Shown in pieces: positions 16,730-25,774 of a stretch of DNA of 64,000 nucleotides. The DNA is taken from contig JAIKZA010000008.1 in NCBI GenBank assembly GCA_024682595.1, positions 10,697-74,696 on the forward strand. The letters run 5' to 3'. The position numbers and the translations under genes are program-made. Source of the DNA: Candidatus Saccharimonadota bacterium (GTDB lineage Bacteria > Patescibacteriota > Saccharimonadia > Saccharimonadales > Saccharimonadaceae). Numbering within the stretch: position 1 is the first letter of the stretch; every line of letters begins with the position of its first letter. The notes beneath the pieces are model-generated. The model was not told the origin of the DNA. It saw nothing but the letters and a program-made list of their open reading frames with translations, and did no database searches.

Positions 16730-17125
16730 TCAGAGGTCGAGGTCGAGTAGGTTAGCGGCTGCCTTCAGTGTGCGCAAATCATCTTCTAGGCTTCGCCGTT
16801 TACTGTCGGATAGTTCCACAATGTCACCCTCTTCATTTTCAGACGGCTTCATTTTAGCTTCTAGCTCAGTTATTTTTTGCCGAAATAGCGTCTTGGTTTC
16901 TTTGTAATCTTGAATTGGAATTACTTTCAGTGAGCGGGCTGCATTTGGCACTTTTTTTAAAAAACCAGCCGATACGCAGTTATTAATATGCTCTGCTACC
17001 GCCGATACGGAGCTTAGGTTCATTGCGCGCATTATTTCCCTGTATGACGGCGAGTAGTCGTGTTCTTCGGTATATTGATCGATGAATTTTAGCAAAATCG
17101 TCTGTTTTTTCGTCGGATGCTTCAT
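16730..17125 (-). CDS. LexA N-terminal DNA-binding-domain protein lacking the S24 peptidase domain
   Basis: PTKKQTILLKFIDQYTEEHDYSPSYREIMRAMNLSSVSAVAEHINNCVSAGFLKK parallels the LexA winged HTH. The C-terminus is a short coiled coil only (131 aa total). Confidence 0.8.
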   Translation of the reverse strand: MKHPTKKQTILLKFIDQYTEEHDYSPSYREIMRAMNLSSVSAVAEHINNCVSAGFLKKVPNAARSLKVIPIQDYKETKTLFRQKITELEAKMKPSENEEGDIVELSDSKRRSLEDDLRTLKAAANLLDLDL

Positions 17126-17156
17126 ATAATAATTCTATCACGGCTTTTTACGCATG

Positions 17157-17219
17157 TTTTCCACATATTTGTGTACATTTTGTAGATATTTTTCCACATT
17201 TTTTATGTCTTTTTCCACA
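17157..17219 (+). promoter_or_regulatory. Cluster of three TTTTCCACA (DnaA-box-like) motifs upstream of the LexA-like gene
   Basis: Boxes at 17157-17165, 17190-17198 and 17211-17219, all in the same orientation. The same 9-mer is used around dnaA. Confidence 0.5.
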
Positions 17220-17235
17220 TACCTAGCTTTTTGCA

Positions 17236-17266
17236 CTAAAAAGCCGCAAACCAGAAGGTTTGCGGC
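17236..17266 (-). terminator. Rho-independent terminator of the 68-aa gene
   Basis: Perfect 10-bp stem GCCGCAAACC/GGTTTGCGGC with a 4-nt loop, then TTTTT on the minus strand. Confidence 0.85.
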
Positions 17267-17287
17267 TAAAACTATCATAAAAATGAA

Positions 17288-17494
17288 TTATTTTTTGCGA
17301 GAAACAGTCAAGAAACCGTTGCGTGGGTTTTCGTTAACTTCGCGATCCTCAGGGAGGTCACATGGAGTACCTTTTTCGTTCTTCTCAGTCTTGGTGAAGA
17401 AATAAATGGTCTGTGGCTTGCCGCCGCGAAGGGTTACTTCGGACTTGTGAAGGTAGTAAGTGACGCCCTTTGAGTTAGTATGTTTATAAGCCAT
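17288..17494 (-). CDS. Small basic protein (68 aa), function unknown
   Basis: Strong SD GGAGGAAAG, its own promoter and its own terminator. Confidence 0.7.
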   Translation of the reverse strand: MAYKHTNSKGVTYYLHKSEVTLRGGKPQTIYFFTKTEKNEKGTPCDLPEDREVNENPRNGFLTVSRKK

Positions 17495-17526
17495 TTTTAA
17501 GCTTTCCTCCGTTAGTTGATACTCTT

Positions 17527-17555
17527 ATCTTATGACCCCTGTTTAATGCTGTCAA
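17527..17555 (-). promoter_or_regulatory. Candidate promoter of the 68-aa gene
   Basis: Minus strand: TTGACA (17555-17550), 17-nt spacer, TAAGAT (17532-17527). Confidence 0.5.
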
Positions 17556-17592
17556 GGGGTTTAAAGCTTATTTTTTACCGTTTTTAATACTA

Positions 17593-18309
17593 TTAATGAT
17601 TAAGGATAAATAATGCAATAGTGCTAATGACCCAAAAGATGATTCGACAGACTATCCAGAATGCAAGAATGGCCGCGATTAATATCACCGCGCCAGAAAG
17701 ACATGGATACCAAATGGGAGAGGCTATATCATAACGGTAATTTTCAGTATTTGGCAAAACCGCCTCAAGTTCCGTTGTTAATGAAGCCGAAGATGGATAT
17801 TTAGCTAACTCATTAGTGTAACAGTCAAGATAGCGCCTATCGTAATACGGCCAGCCGTAAGTGCGCGCTCTGTCATCGCATATTTTTGCAACTTTTGCAA
17901 AAATATTTCCGTTAGGATTTTGGTCTGTGATGCCTTTTTCTTCTATTTCGGCTTGTTGCTTAGCTATAGCCTCTTTTGCATCGTGGATGTAAAGATTTTC
18001 GAGATAAAAAGGCCCCGTACCAAATATAACCGACCGTCGGCCGTTCTCTTCTAGGATATTAAAGATAATATGCTTTAATGTAAAATTGCGTAGCTCGTTT
18101 AAGGAGGCTAGAATTTTCTCGTTATCCTCTTTTTCGTCCGCCGCAAGCACGGCCTCTCGCAATTCGCTCATTTTTATATGGTCAAAACGTAGAAAAGTTG
18201 CGCCCAAAAAGATTAACAAAATTAGAACCAGGATCAGCTTCCAGGTACTGATGTGGAAGATTTTAGACAGAGCCTTCTTAGACTTCTTCTTTTTCGACAC
18301 TCCACCCAT
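17593..18309 (-). CDS. Hypothetical membrane protein (N- and C-terminal TM helices)
   Basis: Long ORF with hydrophobic segments at both ends. Confidence 0.6.
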   Translation of the reverse strand: MGGVSKKKKSKKALSKIFHISTWKLILVLILLIFLGATFLRFDHIKMSELREAVLAADEKEDNEKILASLNELRNFTLKHIIFNILEENGRRSVIFGTGPFYLENLYIHDAKEAIAKQQAEIEEKGITDQNPNGNIFAKVAKICDDRARTYGWPYYDRRYLDCYTNELAKYPSSASLTTELEAVLPNTENYRYDIASPIWYPCLSGAVILIAAILAFWIVCRIIFWVISTIALFILNH

Positions 18310-18393
18310 AACTAGCTAAATTATACCACAATTCAGCTAGCCAGGAGACGCTAGGTGTCAACCCGCCATCGAGAAACGCAATATCTTAGATGA

Positions 18394-18402
18394 TGGTATA
18401 CT
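18394..18402 (+). promoter_or_regulatory. Extended -10 promoter (TGGTATACT) 6 nt before the Mur ligase ATG
   Basis: TGn plus TATACT at 18394-18402, ATG at 18409, no SD. Confidence 0.5.
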
Positions 18403-18408
18403 ACAAAT

Positions 18409-19629
18409 ATGAATGTTTATTTTTCAGGTATAAGCGGCACAGGGCTTGGCCCATTAGCAGAACTAGCTCAAGATATGGGTTTGACAATATTCGGATCCGA
18501 CTTAAAGCGTGGAGCTATTAGCGATGAATTAGATAATCGCGGAATTGAAGTAGAATACGGTTTACAGGATGGCACTTTCTTCAAAAAGATCAATCAAGAA
18601 AGAGGCGTGAATTGGCTAGTTTACTCTTCAGCTATACCTGAAGATCATCCAGAATTAAAAGCTGCGCGTGAAAAAGGAATAAAATGCACAAAAAGAGATG
18701 CTTTTTTGGCCGATTTGGTCGAGCAAAAAGGATTAAAAATGATAGCCGTTGCCGGCACACATGGCAAAACTACAACTACTGCAATGCTAGTATGGGCGCT
18801 ATCGCAATTAGAAATTCCCGTTAGTTACTTAATCGGAACGACTATTAGTTGGGGTAATGGTGGCCATTATGATAATAGCTCTCAATATTTTATCTATGAA
18901 GCTGATGAATATGATAGGAATTTTCTGGCCTATCATCCATATTTATCGGCAATTACTTGCATAGATTACGACCATCCAGACATTTATCCTACGATCGAAG
19001 ACTATCGCGCCGCTTTTGACAAATTTATGGCTCAGAGTGAAATCGTTGTTAAAAACACAACAGTTAATAGCGCCATCACACTTGTTGGTGGTTTACGAAG
19101 ACAAGACGCTAGTATTGCACTAGAAGTAATTCAAAAGATTGCGCCGAATATAGATTTTCACAGAATAGTCAAAGTTCTAAATGACTTCCCTGGCGCTGGT
19201 AGGCGTTTTGAAAGAATAACGCGTGGCATATATACAGATTATGCACACCACCCAAATGAAATTTCATCAACAATAAAGATGGCGGTTGAACTGAAAGAAC
19301 GCGACAGATATGCTGGCCTAGCGATAATCTATCAGCCGCATCAAAATACTCGCCAACACGAAGTAAAAGATCAATACAAATACGCCTTCGTTGGCGCCGA
19401 TAAAGTCTTTTGGCTTCCTACATATCTAACTCGCGAAAACCCAGATTTGCCAATCTTAACGCCGAACGAGTTATCCGATAATACTGAAACAAAAGAGCAA
19501 ACTGAGGTCGTAGAACTAGATGATGACCTAGCACAGAAGCTTCATCATCTGCATGACAATAATTGGCTAATCGTGTTGATGACCGCTGGTCCAGCTGACG
19601 GCTGGTTGCGTAAACAGTTTGCGGAGTAA
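18409..19629 (+). CDS. Mur ligase family enzyme (MurC/Mpl-like)
   Basis: N-terminal GISGTGLGPLA Rossmann motif, AVAGTHGKTTTTAML P-loop and FPGAGRRFE motif. Confidence 0.8.
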   Translation: MNVYFSGISGTGLGPLAELAQDMGLTIFGSDLKRGAISDELDNRGIEVEYGLQDGTFFKKINQERGVNWLVYSSAIPEDHPELKAAREKGIKCTKRDAFLADLVEQKGLKMIAVAGTHGKTTTTAMLVWALSQLEIPVSYLIGTTISWGNGGHYDNSSQYFIYEADEYDRNFLAYHPYLSAITCIDYDHPDIYPTIEDYRAAFDKFMAQSEIVVKNTTVNSAITLVGGLRRQDASIALEVIQKIAPNIDFHRIVKVLNDFPGAGRRFERITRGIYTDYAHHPNEISSTIKMAVELKERDRYAGLAIIYQPHQNTRQHEVKDQYKYAFVGADKVFWLPTYLTRENPDLPILTPNELSDNTETKEQTEVVELDDDLAQKLHHLHDNNWLIVLMTAGPADGWLRKQFAE

Positions 19630-19631
19630 AA

Positions 19632-20000
19632 TCACTCCTCTTCGTCATTCGACGTAATCATAAGATTATCGTCCGAAAGTGGATCTGGTCCAAAATCGTT
19701 TTTTGAGGCATTAATACGTTCAGATACTCGGTCGAGCTCTTCGATATACTCTGTTAGGTTTTTTTCGGTAATGGCGCCTTCATTGGAGTATTTTTCTTGA
19801 ATGTCGTCATCTGTATTGTGTTTTTCGTCTTCCGAAATATACCCTGGCCGCGAGCGATCAATATAAATATCACCTTTGCTGTAGAAATATAAGCTTACCG
19901 ATGTCGTAATTAAGGCAATCGCAATAGACCCCAAACAAAGTATTATGAGATTACGGCCGCCATGAATGGTCTTTTTGTCTTTATCTTCTTTTTTACTCAT
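19632..20000 (-). CDS. Hypothetical single-pass membrane protein
   Basis: ORF with one TM helix and an acidic tail. It overlaps the upstream gene by 8 nt. Confidence 0.5.
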   Translation of the reverse strand: MSKKEDKDKKTIHGGRNLIILCLGSIAIALITTSVSLYFYSKGDIYIDRSRPGYISEDEKHNTDDDIQEKYSNEGAITEKNLTEYIEELDRVSERINASKNDFGPDPLSDDNLMITSNDEEE

Positions 20001-20523
20001 CGGTATCTTCCTTCGATAAGTCGTCCCGAATAACTAAAACTGATTGGCGATGCTTGGAAATTATCTCATCCATGCGCTCCATACTCTTCGTTATGTCTGC
20101 GCGCTTCTTGCGAGTTTTTTCGAGTTGTCGATAGAATTTAATTGGCTCATTTTTACAGTCCATATCAATTAGCGATTGTAATTCTTGAGAATACCCAATA
20201 AAATCATTGCGAAATCGCTCACGCTCGCTTTGAAATGCCGCTTGCTGGTTGGCTATATCCTGCTTTGCAATCCCATTTCTCATTAAGCGAAGGCTAAAGT
20301 TTGACATTAATCCAGAATAGATAGACTCATATTGCGTACCAAGATAGACGCGACTTTTTGCGCCTACACTTTCAATTCGGCGTAAACGCTCTTTTATAAT
20401 CGAGCAGTTTTGCGAGATAGCGCCAATGCGATTATCGTTAAGTTTAATCGCCGTAGCTGAAGTAGATGAAAAAACTACAATCATTGCGGCGAACACTAGA
20501 CTGTAGTTAATTCTTTTCTGCAT
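19993..20523 (-). CDS. Hypothetical secreted helical protein
   Basis: Signal peptide. Lies downstream of aspS on the same strand. Confidence 0.5.
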   Translation of the reverse strand: MQKRINYSLVFAAMIVVFSSTSATAIKLNDNRIGAISQNCSIIKERLRRIESVGAKSRVYLGTQYESIYSGLMSNFSLRLMRNGIAKQDIANQQAAFQSERERFRNDFIGYSQELQSLIDMDCKNEPIKFYRQLEKTRKKRADITKSMERMDEIISKHRQSVLVIRDDLSKEDTDE

Positions 20524-20544
20524 ATCTATTATTGTAGCACGAGA

Positions 20545-22314
20545 CTATTCTTCTGGCTCAACAATGGCGAGATGGCAATCGGAAATCTGATACTCGTCAA
20601 CTACCGATGGCGAACTCATCATAAGATCTACGCCAGAACCGTTCTTTGGAAAAGCTACAATATCGCGGATATTTTCGGTATTTTCGAGAATCATGAAAAT
20701 ACGATCAATACCAAAGGCGCAACCAGCATGAGGAGGTGCACCAAACTTGAAGGCTGAAAGCATACCACCAAAGCGTTGTTCGACGTATTTTTCGTCGTAA
20801 CCGAGGATGCCGAAAACCTTGTACATAATTTCTGGATTATGATTGCGGACGGCGCCGGAGCAAATTTCATAGCCATTAGCCACCATATCATATTGGTCGG
20901 CAACAATGTCGAGCTTTTCTTTGATTGTCTTGGCAGACTCGAGTGCCTCGATGCCGCCTTTTGGCATAGAGAATGGGTTGTGGCCAAAATCGAGCTTATT
21001 AGCGCCGTCATCCCATTCGTAAAATGGAAAATCAACAACCCAACACAAGGCAACCTCGTCAGGGTTTTTGAGTTCAAAGTGGTCAGCAAAAGAAATGCGG
21101 AGTTGACCGAGCACTTTATTGACCTTTTCGCGCTTGTCAGCACCAAAGAAAACAGCGTCGCCAGCTTTGGCGCCAGTCTTCTTAGTAATGACATCCAATT
21201 CTTTTTCGCTTAAGAACTTGGCGATTGGGGATTTGATGCCGTCTGGTGTATAGGTAAGATAAGCGAGACCGCCAGCACCTAGCTTGCGAGCTCGTTCGGT
21301 GAAACCGTCAATCTGCGAACGGCTTAGGTCGGCGCCATTCTTAACGCAGATGGCTTTGACACATTCAGCCTTAGCAAAAACAGTAAATTTAGTTTCCTTG
21401 AGATCATCAGTCAAATCAACTAGCTCCATGCCATAGCGGAGGTCCGGATTGTCGACGCCATATTTCTCCATCGCTTCGACATATGGGATGCGTGGGATAC
21501 TGTTTGGGTCGGTCAGAAGTTTTTTGCCACCAAAATCAGTCATTAGTTTGACAATGAGTGGCTCGACCGTTTTGCGAACTTCTTCGCCGCTGTCAACGAA
21601 AGACATCTCGAGGTCGAGCTGATAGAAATCGCCATAGAGACGATCAGCACGCGGATCTTCGTCGCGGAAGCAGGTAGCAATTTGGTAATAGCGCGATATG
21701 CCACCAACCATTAGTAGCTGCTTGAACTGTTGCGGAGCTTGTGGGAGTGCATAGAACTGACCTGGGTGTAGACGCGAAGGAACGAGGAAGTCACGTGCGC
21801 CTTCTGGCGAAGAGTTAGCGAGAATCGGGGTCGCAACCTCGATAAAATCGTTTTCTTCCATATAGTTGCGCATAAACCTGTAGTATTTAGCACGACGTGC
21901 GAGGCGCTTTTGCATACTAGGGCGGCGAAGGTCGAGATAGCGGTACTTAAGACGGAGATCTTCGCCGGTTTCGACGCCTTCGTCGTGCGTATTGACCGGA
22001 AGTGGCTCGGAGCGGTTGAGGAGCTCGAGCTGGTCGACAACAACCTCGATGTCGCCAGTTGGAATGTTTGGGTTTTCGAGGCCCTCGCCACGTTTGCGAA
22101 CAGTTCCAGTGGCGCGAATGACAAATTCGTCACGGACGGATTCGGCAAGTTTGAAAGCGTCGGTAGTATTTGGATCAACCACGAGCTGAATGATGCCAGT
22201 GTGGTCGCGCAGATCGATGAAAATTAATCCACCATGATCGCGACGGGAATTTACCCAACCAGCAAGCTCGACTTTACCAGATTTGACAGTGAGATCTTTC
22301 GCTAATGCTCTCAT
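20545..22314 (-). CDS. aspS: Aspartate--tRNA ligase
   Basis: OB-fold N-terminus (VELAGWVNSRRDHGGLIFIDLRD), class II motifs (FRDED, GGMLSAFKFGAPPHAGCAFGIDR). Start set at MRALAK, which has a GGAG SD (22326-22323). Confidence 0.95.
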   Translation of the reverse strand: MRALAKDLTVKSGKVELAGWVNSRRDHGGLIFIDLRDHTGIIQLVVDPNTTDAFKLAESVRDEFVIRATGTVRKRGEGLENPNIPTGDIEVVVDQLELLNRSEPLPVNTHDEGVETGEDLRLKYRYLDLRRPSMQKRLARRAKYYRFMRNYMEENDFIEVATPILANSSPEGARDFLVPSRLHPGQFYALPQAPQQFKQLLMVGGISRYYQIATCFRDEDPRADRLYGDFYQLDLEMSFVDSGEEVRKTVEPLIVKLMTDFGGKKLLTDPNSIPRIPYVEAMEKYGVDNPDLRYGMELVDLTDDLKETKFTVFAKAECVKAICVKNGADLSRSQIDGFTERARKLGAGGLAYLTYTPDGIKSPIAKFLSEKELDVITKKTGAKAGDAVFFGADKREKVNKVLGQLRISFADHFELKNPDEVALCWVVDFPFYEWDDGANKLDFGHNPFSMPKGGIEALESAKTIKEKLDIVADQYDMVANGYEICSGAVRNHNPEIMYKVFGILGYDEKYVEQRFGGMLSAFKFGAPPHAGCAFGIDRIFMILENTENIRDIVAFPKNGSGVDLMMSSPSVVDEYQISDCHLAIVEPEE

Positions 22315-22378
22315 ATAGGTTACTCCATTATTTTCTATGATTAATAAAGACTTGCGCATGCGAGCCATACTTTTAAAA

Positions 22379-22387
22379 ATTATACCA
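22379..22387 (-). promoter_or_regulatory. Extended -10 promoter (TGGTATAAT) for aspS
   Basis: Minus-strand TGGTATAAT, about 58 nt upstream of the ATG at 22314. Confidence 0.5.
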
Positions 22388-22432
22388 TATTTAAACGCCA
22401 ATAGCGAGAGCGTGGCCGAACCCGTCTCTTAT

Positions 22433-22460
22433 ATAAAAAGTCGCAGCGTAACACTGCGAC
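22433..22460 (-). terminator. Rho-independent terminator of the 239-aa gene
   Basis: Stem GTCGCAG/CTGCGAC with a 7-nt loop, then TTTTT on the minus strand. Confidence 0.75.
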
Positions 22461-22473
22461 ATAATTTGGCCCA

Positions 22474-23193
22474 TCAACGGTTTTCGCGAAGCATAATGTA
22501 AAAGGAGATGAATCGTTCCACATAATGAGCAAAATTTTGCTCATTGCCATTTAGATTTGCATAAGTTCCGAGGTTAAAGGAACGCGCAATTAATCTACTA
22601 CCAACTCTGCCGCGAGTGCCCATGACAAACTTGCGAAAATCGCCTTGAAACTTCAGCTCAAACTTTTTAATGATAGAGAGTAAATACACTATCTCTGCAT
22701 TAGGATTTATGTCATTATTGATGCGCTGGAGTTCAACTAGGCATTGATGCAGACATATTAATTGTTTCTGAATTCCGTCTTCGGAATCGTCATTCTTGTC
22801 AATTACCTGCCCTAAATTCGTCATTAGCTTCCTGTACGTCAATTGAGAATCTGCGGACAATATTATTTCGACGTCGCTACCATTAAGAATCTTAGACATA
22901 TCATACACGTCCATAGATAATTGTTTATAACCGTCCTGGAGTCGGATAGTAGTACGCGATAAACGCCCAATGATTTGGCGAAGCTTATTTAGATGATATA
23001 TTGCACGAGCGAAATGTTTAGTATTAACATTAGCCCCAATGCATTCAGTATAAGCAGAGCGTAAATACTCTGCTATCGCTTTCTCATAAAGCTTGCCATC
23101 CTCTAACCCGAAAATGCGATCACAAATATCAAATACTACACATTCGCTAATGAGCTCAAAGAAGTCTTGATCATCATTGTCTATAACTTGCAT
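22474..23193 (-). CDS. Hypothetical cytoplasmic helical protein (239 aa)
   Basis: Long ORF with its own terminator. No motif recognised. Confidence 0.6.
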   Translation of the reverse strand: MQVIDNDDQDFFELISECVVFDICDRIFGLEDGKLYEKAIAEYLRSAYTECIGANVNTKHFARAIYHLNKLRQIIGRLSRTTIRLQDGYKQLSMDVYDMSKILNGSDVEIILSADSQLTYRKLMTNLGQVIDKNDDSEDGIQKQLICLHQCLVELQRINNDINPNAEIVYLLSIIKKFELKFQGDFRKFVMGTRGRVGSRLIARSFNLGTYANLNGNEQNFAHYVERFISFYIMLRENR

Positions 23194-23298
23194 TATTACC
23201 CCCCTAACTTCAAAAACCGTCTTTTAATGTGCAACCTGAATAACTGTTATTCAAATATATTCGCTTAGATATGTCAAGCTACGCCATCCTCAGGAGTA

Positions 23299-23715
23299 TT
23301 AATAGCGAGAGCGTTCACGATCTAAGTCGCGCGATTTAATGGTTTGACGCTTGTCATATTTCTTCTTGCCCTGCCCAACCGCAATTGTTAGTTTAATATG
23401 ACGTTTAAACGGATGAAGTTCGACTGGAACAATCGTAGAACCATCAACTTTAGCACGCTCTAGTGCAACAATCTGTTTCTTAGTTGCGAGTAGTTTAATA
23501 TTTTCGGACGTCTCGGAGCCAAGAGTTAGGTTTAAAAGCCAAAGTTCATGATTACGAATAGTAACATAGGTTCCTTTTAACTGGGCATGGCGATCGCGAA
23601 TAAGGCGAACTTGGGCACCAGTCAAAACCATGCCTGTCTCGATTTTATCGGACAAATTGTAATCGTAGTGTGCGCGGCGATTAACAACGGCGGCAGGCTT
23701 TTTGACTTTTTTCAT
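23299..23715 (-). CDS. smpB: SsrA-binding protein
   Basis: NRRAHYDYNL...ETGMVLTGAQV...LLNL pattern and typical size. Confidence 0.9.
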   Translation of the reverse strand: MKKVKKPAAVVNRRAHYDYNLSDKIETGMVLTGAQVRLIRDRHAQLKGTYVTIRNHELWLLNLTLGSETSENIKLLATKKQIVALERAKVDGSTIVPVELHPFKRHIKLTIAVGQGKKKYDKRQTIKSRDLDRERSRY

Positions 23716-23731
23716 ATTTGTATTTTAACAC

Positions 23732-24490
23732 TTATTTGCTCTGACGACGAATCTTAAACGTGAGATATTCATGATAACAGAATTCAAAAAAGCTATATAT
23801 TTTTGGCCCAATTAGCCGGATGAAAAAAGTTCCTAAATTTTGCATCGTTTTTTCGAACTTTGAATGCCACGTAGATGCATAATGGTGAATTGCACGCGTG
23901 TTTTCGGTTTGACGCATTATGCCAGTACTGTAATGCTTTGGGTTGAAATATTCAGGCGCAAATACGGCAAATTTTTCATCATACACATGAGTTCTTCCAT
24001 CAAGTTTTAGCCCATAAATATCCTCTGCATAGATTGAAGGACTATGTACCGTGCACATGAATGTTTCGTTGGTTATTTTCTTCGGCAGAAGCCCCTCGTA
24101 GCGGCGGAGTGTTTTTGCAATCCAGGCGGAGTGCTTCTTGGCGCCAAAAAAAGAAGTAGTAAACCAATATTTAGACTCCCAACAAGCTACGCCATCGTAT
24201 TTAAGCAGGTCATCTAGGGGGCGCAGAAGTTCAACGTCGGTATCCATATAGAAACCGCCCTCATTATAAACCACGTACATCCGAATAATATCCGCGGCAA
24301 GCGCCCAACGCTTCTCTTTCATTGCTTTTGCGACTAGTGGATATTTATCTAGGTCAATATCTTTTTCCGTCCAACACCTAATCTCGAAGTCTGGATGCAA
24401 CTTTTGCCATTGTTCAATATATTTTTTGTCTTGTTTTGGTATCGGCGCCGTGCCAACCCAGATGTAGTGAATCTTTTTAGGGATTGCCAT
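23732..24490 (-). CDS. GT32-type glycosyltransferase (DXD sugar-binding region)
   Basis: IPKKIHYIWVG start and YMDTDVELL DXD motif. Confidence 0.75.
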   Translation of the reverse strand: MAIPKKIHYIWVGTAPIPKQDKKYIEQWQKLHPDFEIRCWTEKDIDLDKYPLVAKAMKEKRWALAADIIRMYVVYNEGGFYMDTDVELLRPLDDLLKYDGVACWESKYWFTTSFFGAKKHSAWIAKTLRRYEGLLPKKITNETFMCTVHSPSIYAEDIYGLKLDGRTHVYDEKFAVFAPEYFNPKHYSTGIMRQTENTRAIHHYASTWHSKFEKTMQNLGTFFIRLIGPKIYSFFEFCYHEYLTFKIRRQSK

Positions 24491-24506
24491 ATGATAAAAT
24501 CATATC

Positions 24507-25769
24507 ATGAAAATAGTAATCTCTACGGACGTGTATTATCCAATGATTAACGGCGTAGCGGTATTTTCGAAAAATCTAGCAACTGGCTTAAAAAAGCGCG
24601 GCCATCAGGTGATGGTTCTTACGCCAAGCATTTCCGGCAAATTCTCGGTCGAAAAAGACCCCAATTGCAACTTTACAGTAGTTCGCCTTAAATCTACTAG
24701 AATGTACTTGTACCCAGACCAAATCGAAAAAATCCCAAATGATAAAAAAATATTAGGCATAAAAATACCACAGTTTTTATACAAAAATGGCCTACACGTA
24801 AGTTATAACCCATACTCAGACATTAAGCGCGTTTTAGAGGATTTCAAGCCGGATATTATTCACAATCAAACGTCTGGCCCGCTCGCTTTGGCAATATTTA
24901 GATACGCAAAAAAATGTAATATTCCAATCGTAATGACCGACCATACCTACCCCGATAATCTCACACAACAAGTAAAGTTACCTAAGTTTGCCAAAAAGCC
25001 CATAAATGCCGCAATGAATGCGTATTTTATGAGTTTTCTACGACGAAGTAAATATGCAACTTTGCCAACAAAACAGGCAATTACGGACCTACTGCCAAAA
25101 AATCATCATTCTTTTAAGGTTCCCGTTGAGGCTCTAAGTAATGGGATTGATTTATCGCGCTTCACGAAAGGTCCAGCAAGCGAAGAGATATACAAAAAAT
25201 ATGCTATACCGAGAAATGTGCCAATAGTACTGTATGTGGGACGAATAGATCCCGAAAAAAGTCTCGAAATATTAGTCAATTCGTTCAAAAAACTAATAAA
25301 AAAGACGCCAAAAGCTCACTTAGTTATGGTAGGTGACGGAACTGCTCGCGAGAAACTCGAAAAAATAATTAAGAGGGAGAAAACTAGTAGTCAGACTCAT
25401 TTTATTGGGCGAGTTATCGGCGATGATTTGCCGCAAATATATCGTACCGGTACGGTATTCGTAATCACGTCTAAAACGGAAACCCAAAGTATTGTTTTGA
25501 TGGAAGCGATGGCTTCTGGCCTACCCGCGATAGCCGTCAATGCGGGCGCCGTTACGGAGCTAGTAGAAGATGGAGAAAATGGTTTTATCCTTGAGCCGGA
25601 CGATACGGCTGGAATAGCGTCAGGTATTAATACTATCATCTCCGATAAAGAGCTTCGCGAAAAAATGTCAAAAAATGCACTAAAAATGATTACTAAACAT
25701 GATATTAACTACACGCTTTCGCGCTTTGAAAAAATATATAACAATGTATTACAGAGCCATTCTAAGTAA
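24507..25769 (+). CDS. GT4 glycosyltransferase
   Basis: GT-B fold with the E..G.P motif (ETQSIVLMEAMASGLPAIA). TGATAAAAT lies 6 nt before the ATG. Confidence 0.85.
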   Translation: MKIVISTDVYYPMINGVAVFSKNLATGLKKRGHQVMVLTPSISGKFSVEKDPNCNFTVVRLKSTRMYLYPDQIEKIPNDKKILGIKIPQFLYKNGLHVSYNPYSDIKRVLEDFKPDIIHNQTSGPLALAIFRYAKKCNIPIVMTDHTYPDNLTQQVKLPKFAKKPINAAMNAYFMSFLRRSKYATLPTKQAITDLLPKNHHSFKVPVEALSNGIDLSRFTKGPASEEIYKKYAIPRNVPIVLYVGRIDPEKSLEILVNSFKKLIKKTPKAHLVMVGDGTAREKLEKIIKREKTSSQTHFIGRVIGDDLPQIYRTGTVFVITSKTETQSIVLMEAMASGLPAIAVNAGAVTELVEDGENGFILEPDDTAGIASGINTIISDKELREKMSKNALKMITKHDINYTLSRFEKIYNNVLQSHSK

Positions 25770-25774
25770 TGAAG

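Noticed and set aside
20572-22227. Several 60-170-aa ORFs on both strands inside aspS
   Set aside because: They are nested within a highly conserved aminoacyl-tRNA synthetase gene and have no motifs or signals.
22315-22401. 29-codon N-terminal extension of aspS in the ORF track (MAFKYGIIFK...)
   Set aside because: It would start upstream of the TGGTATAAT promoter (22379-22387). A GGAG SD precedes the internal ATG at 22314, which gives a canonical AspS N-terminus.
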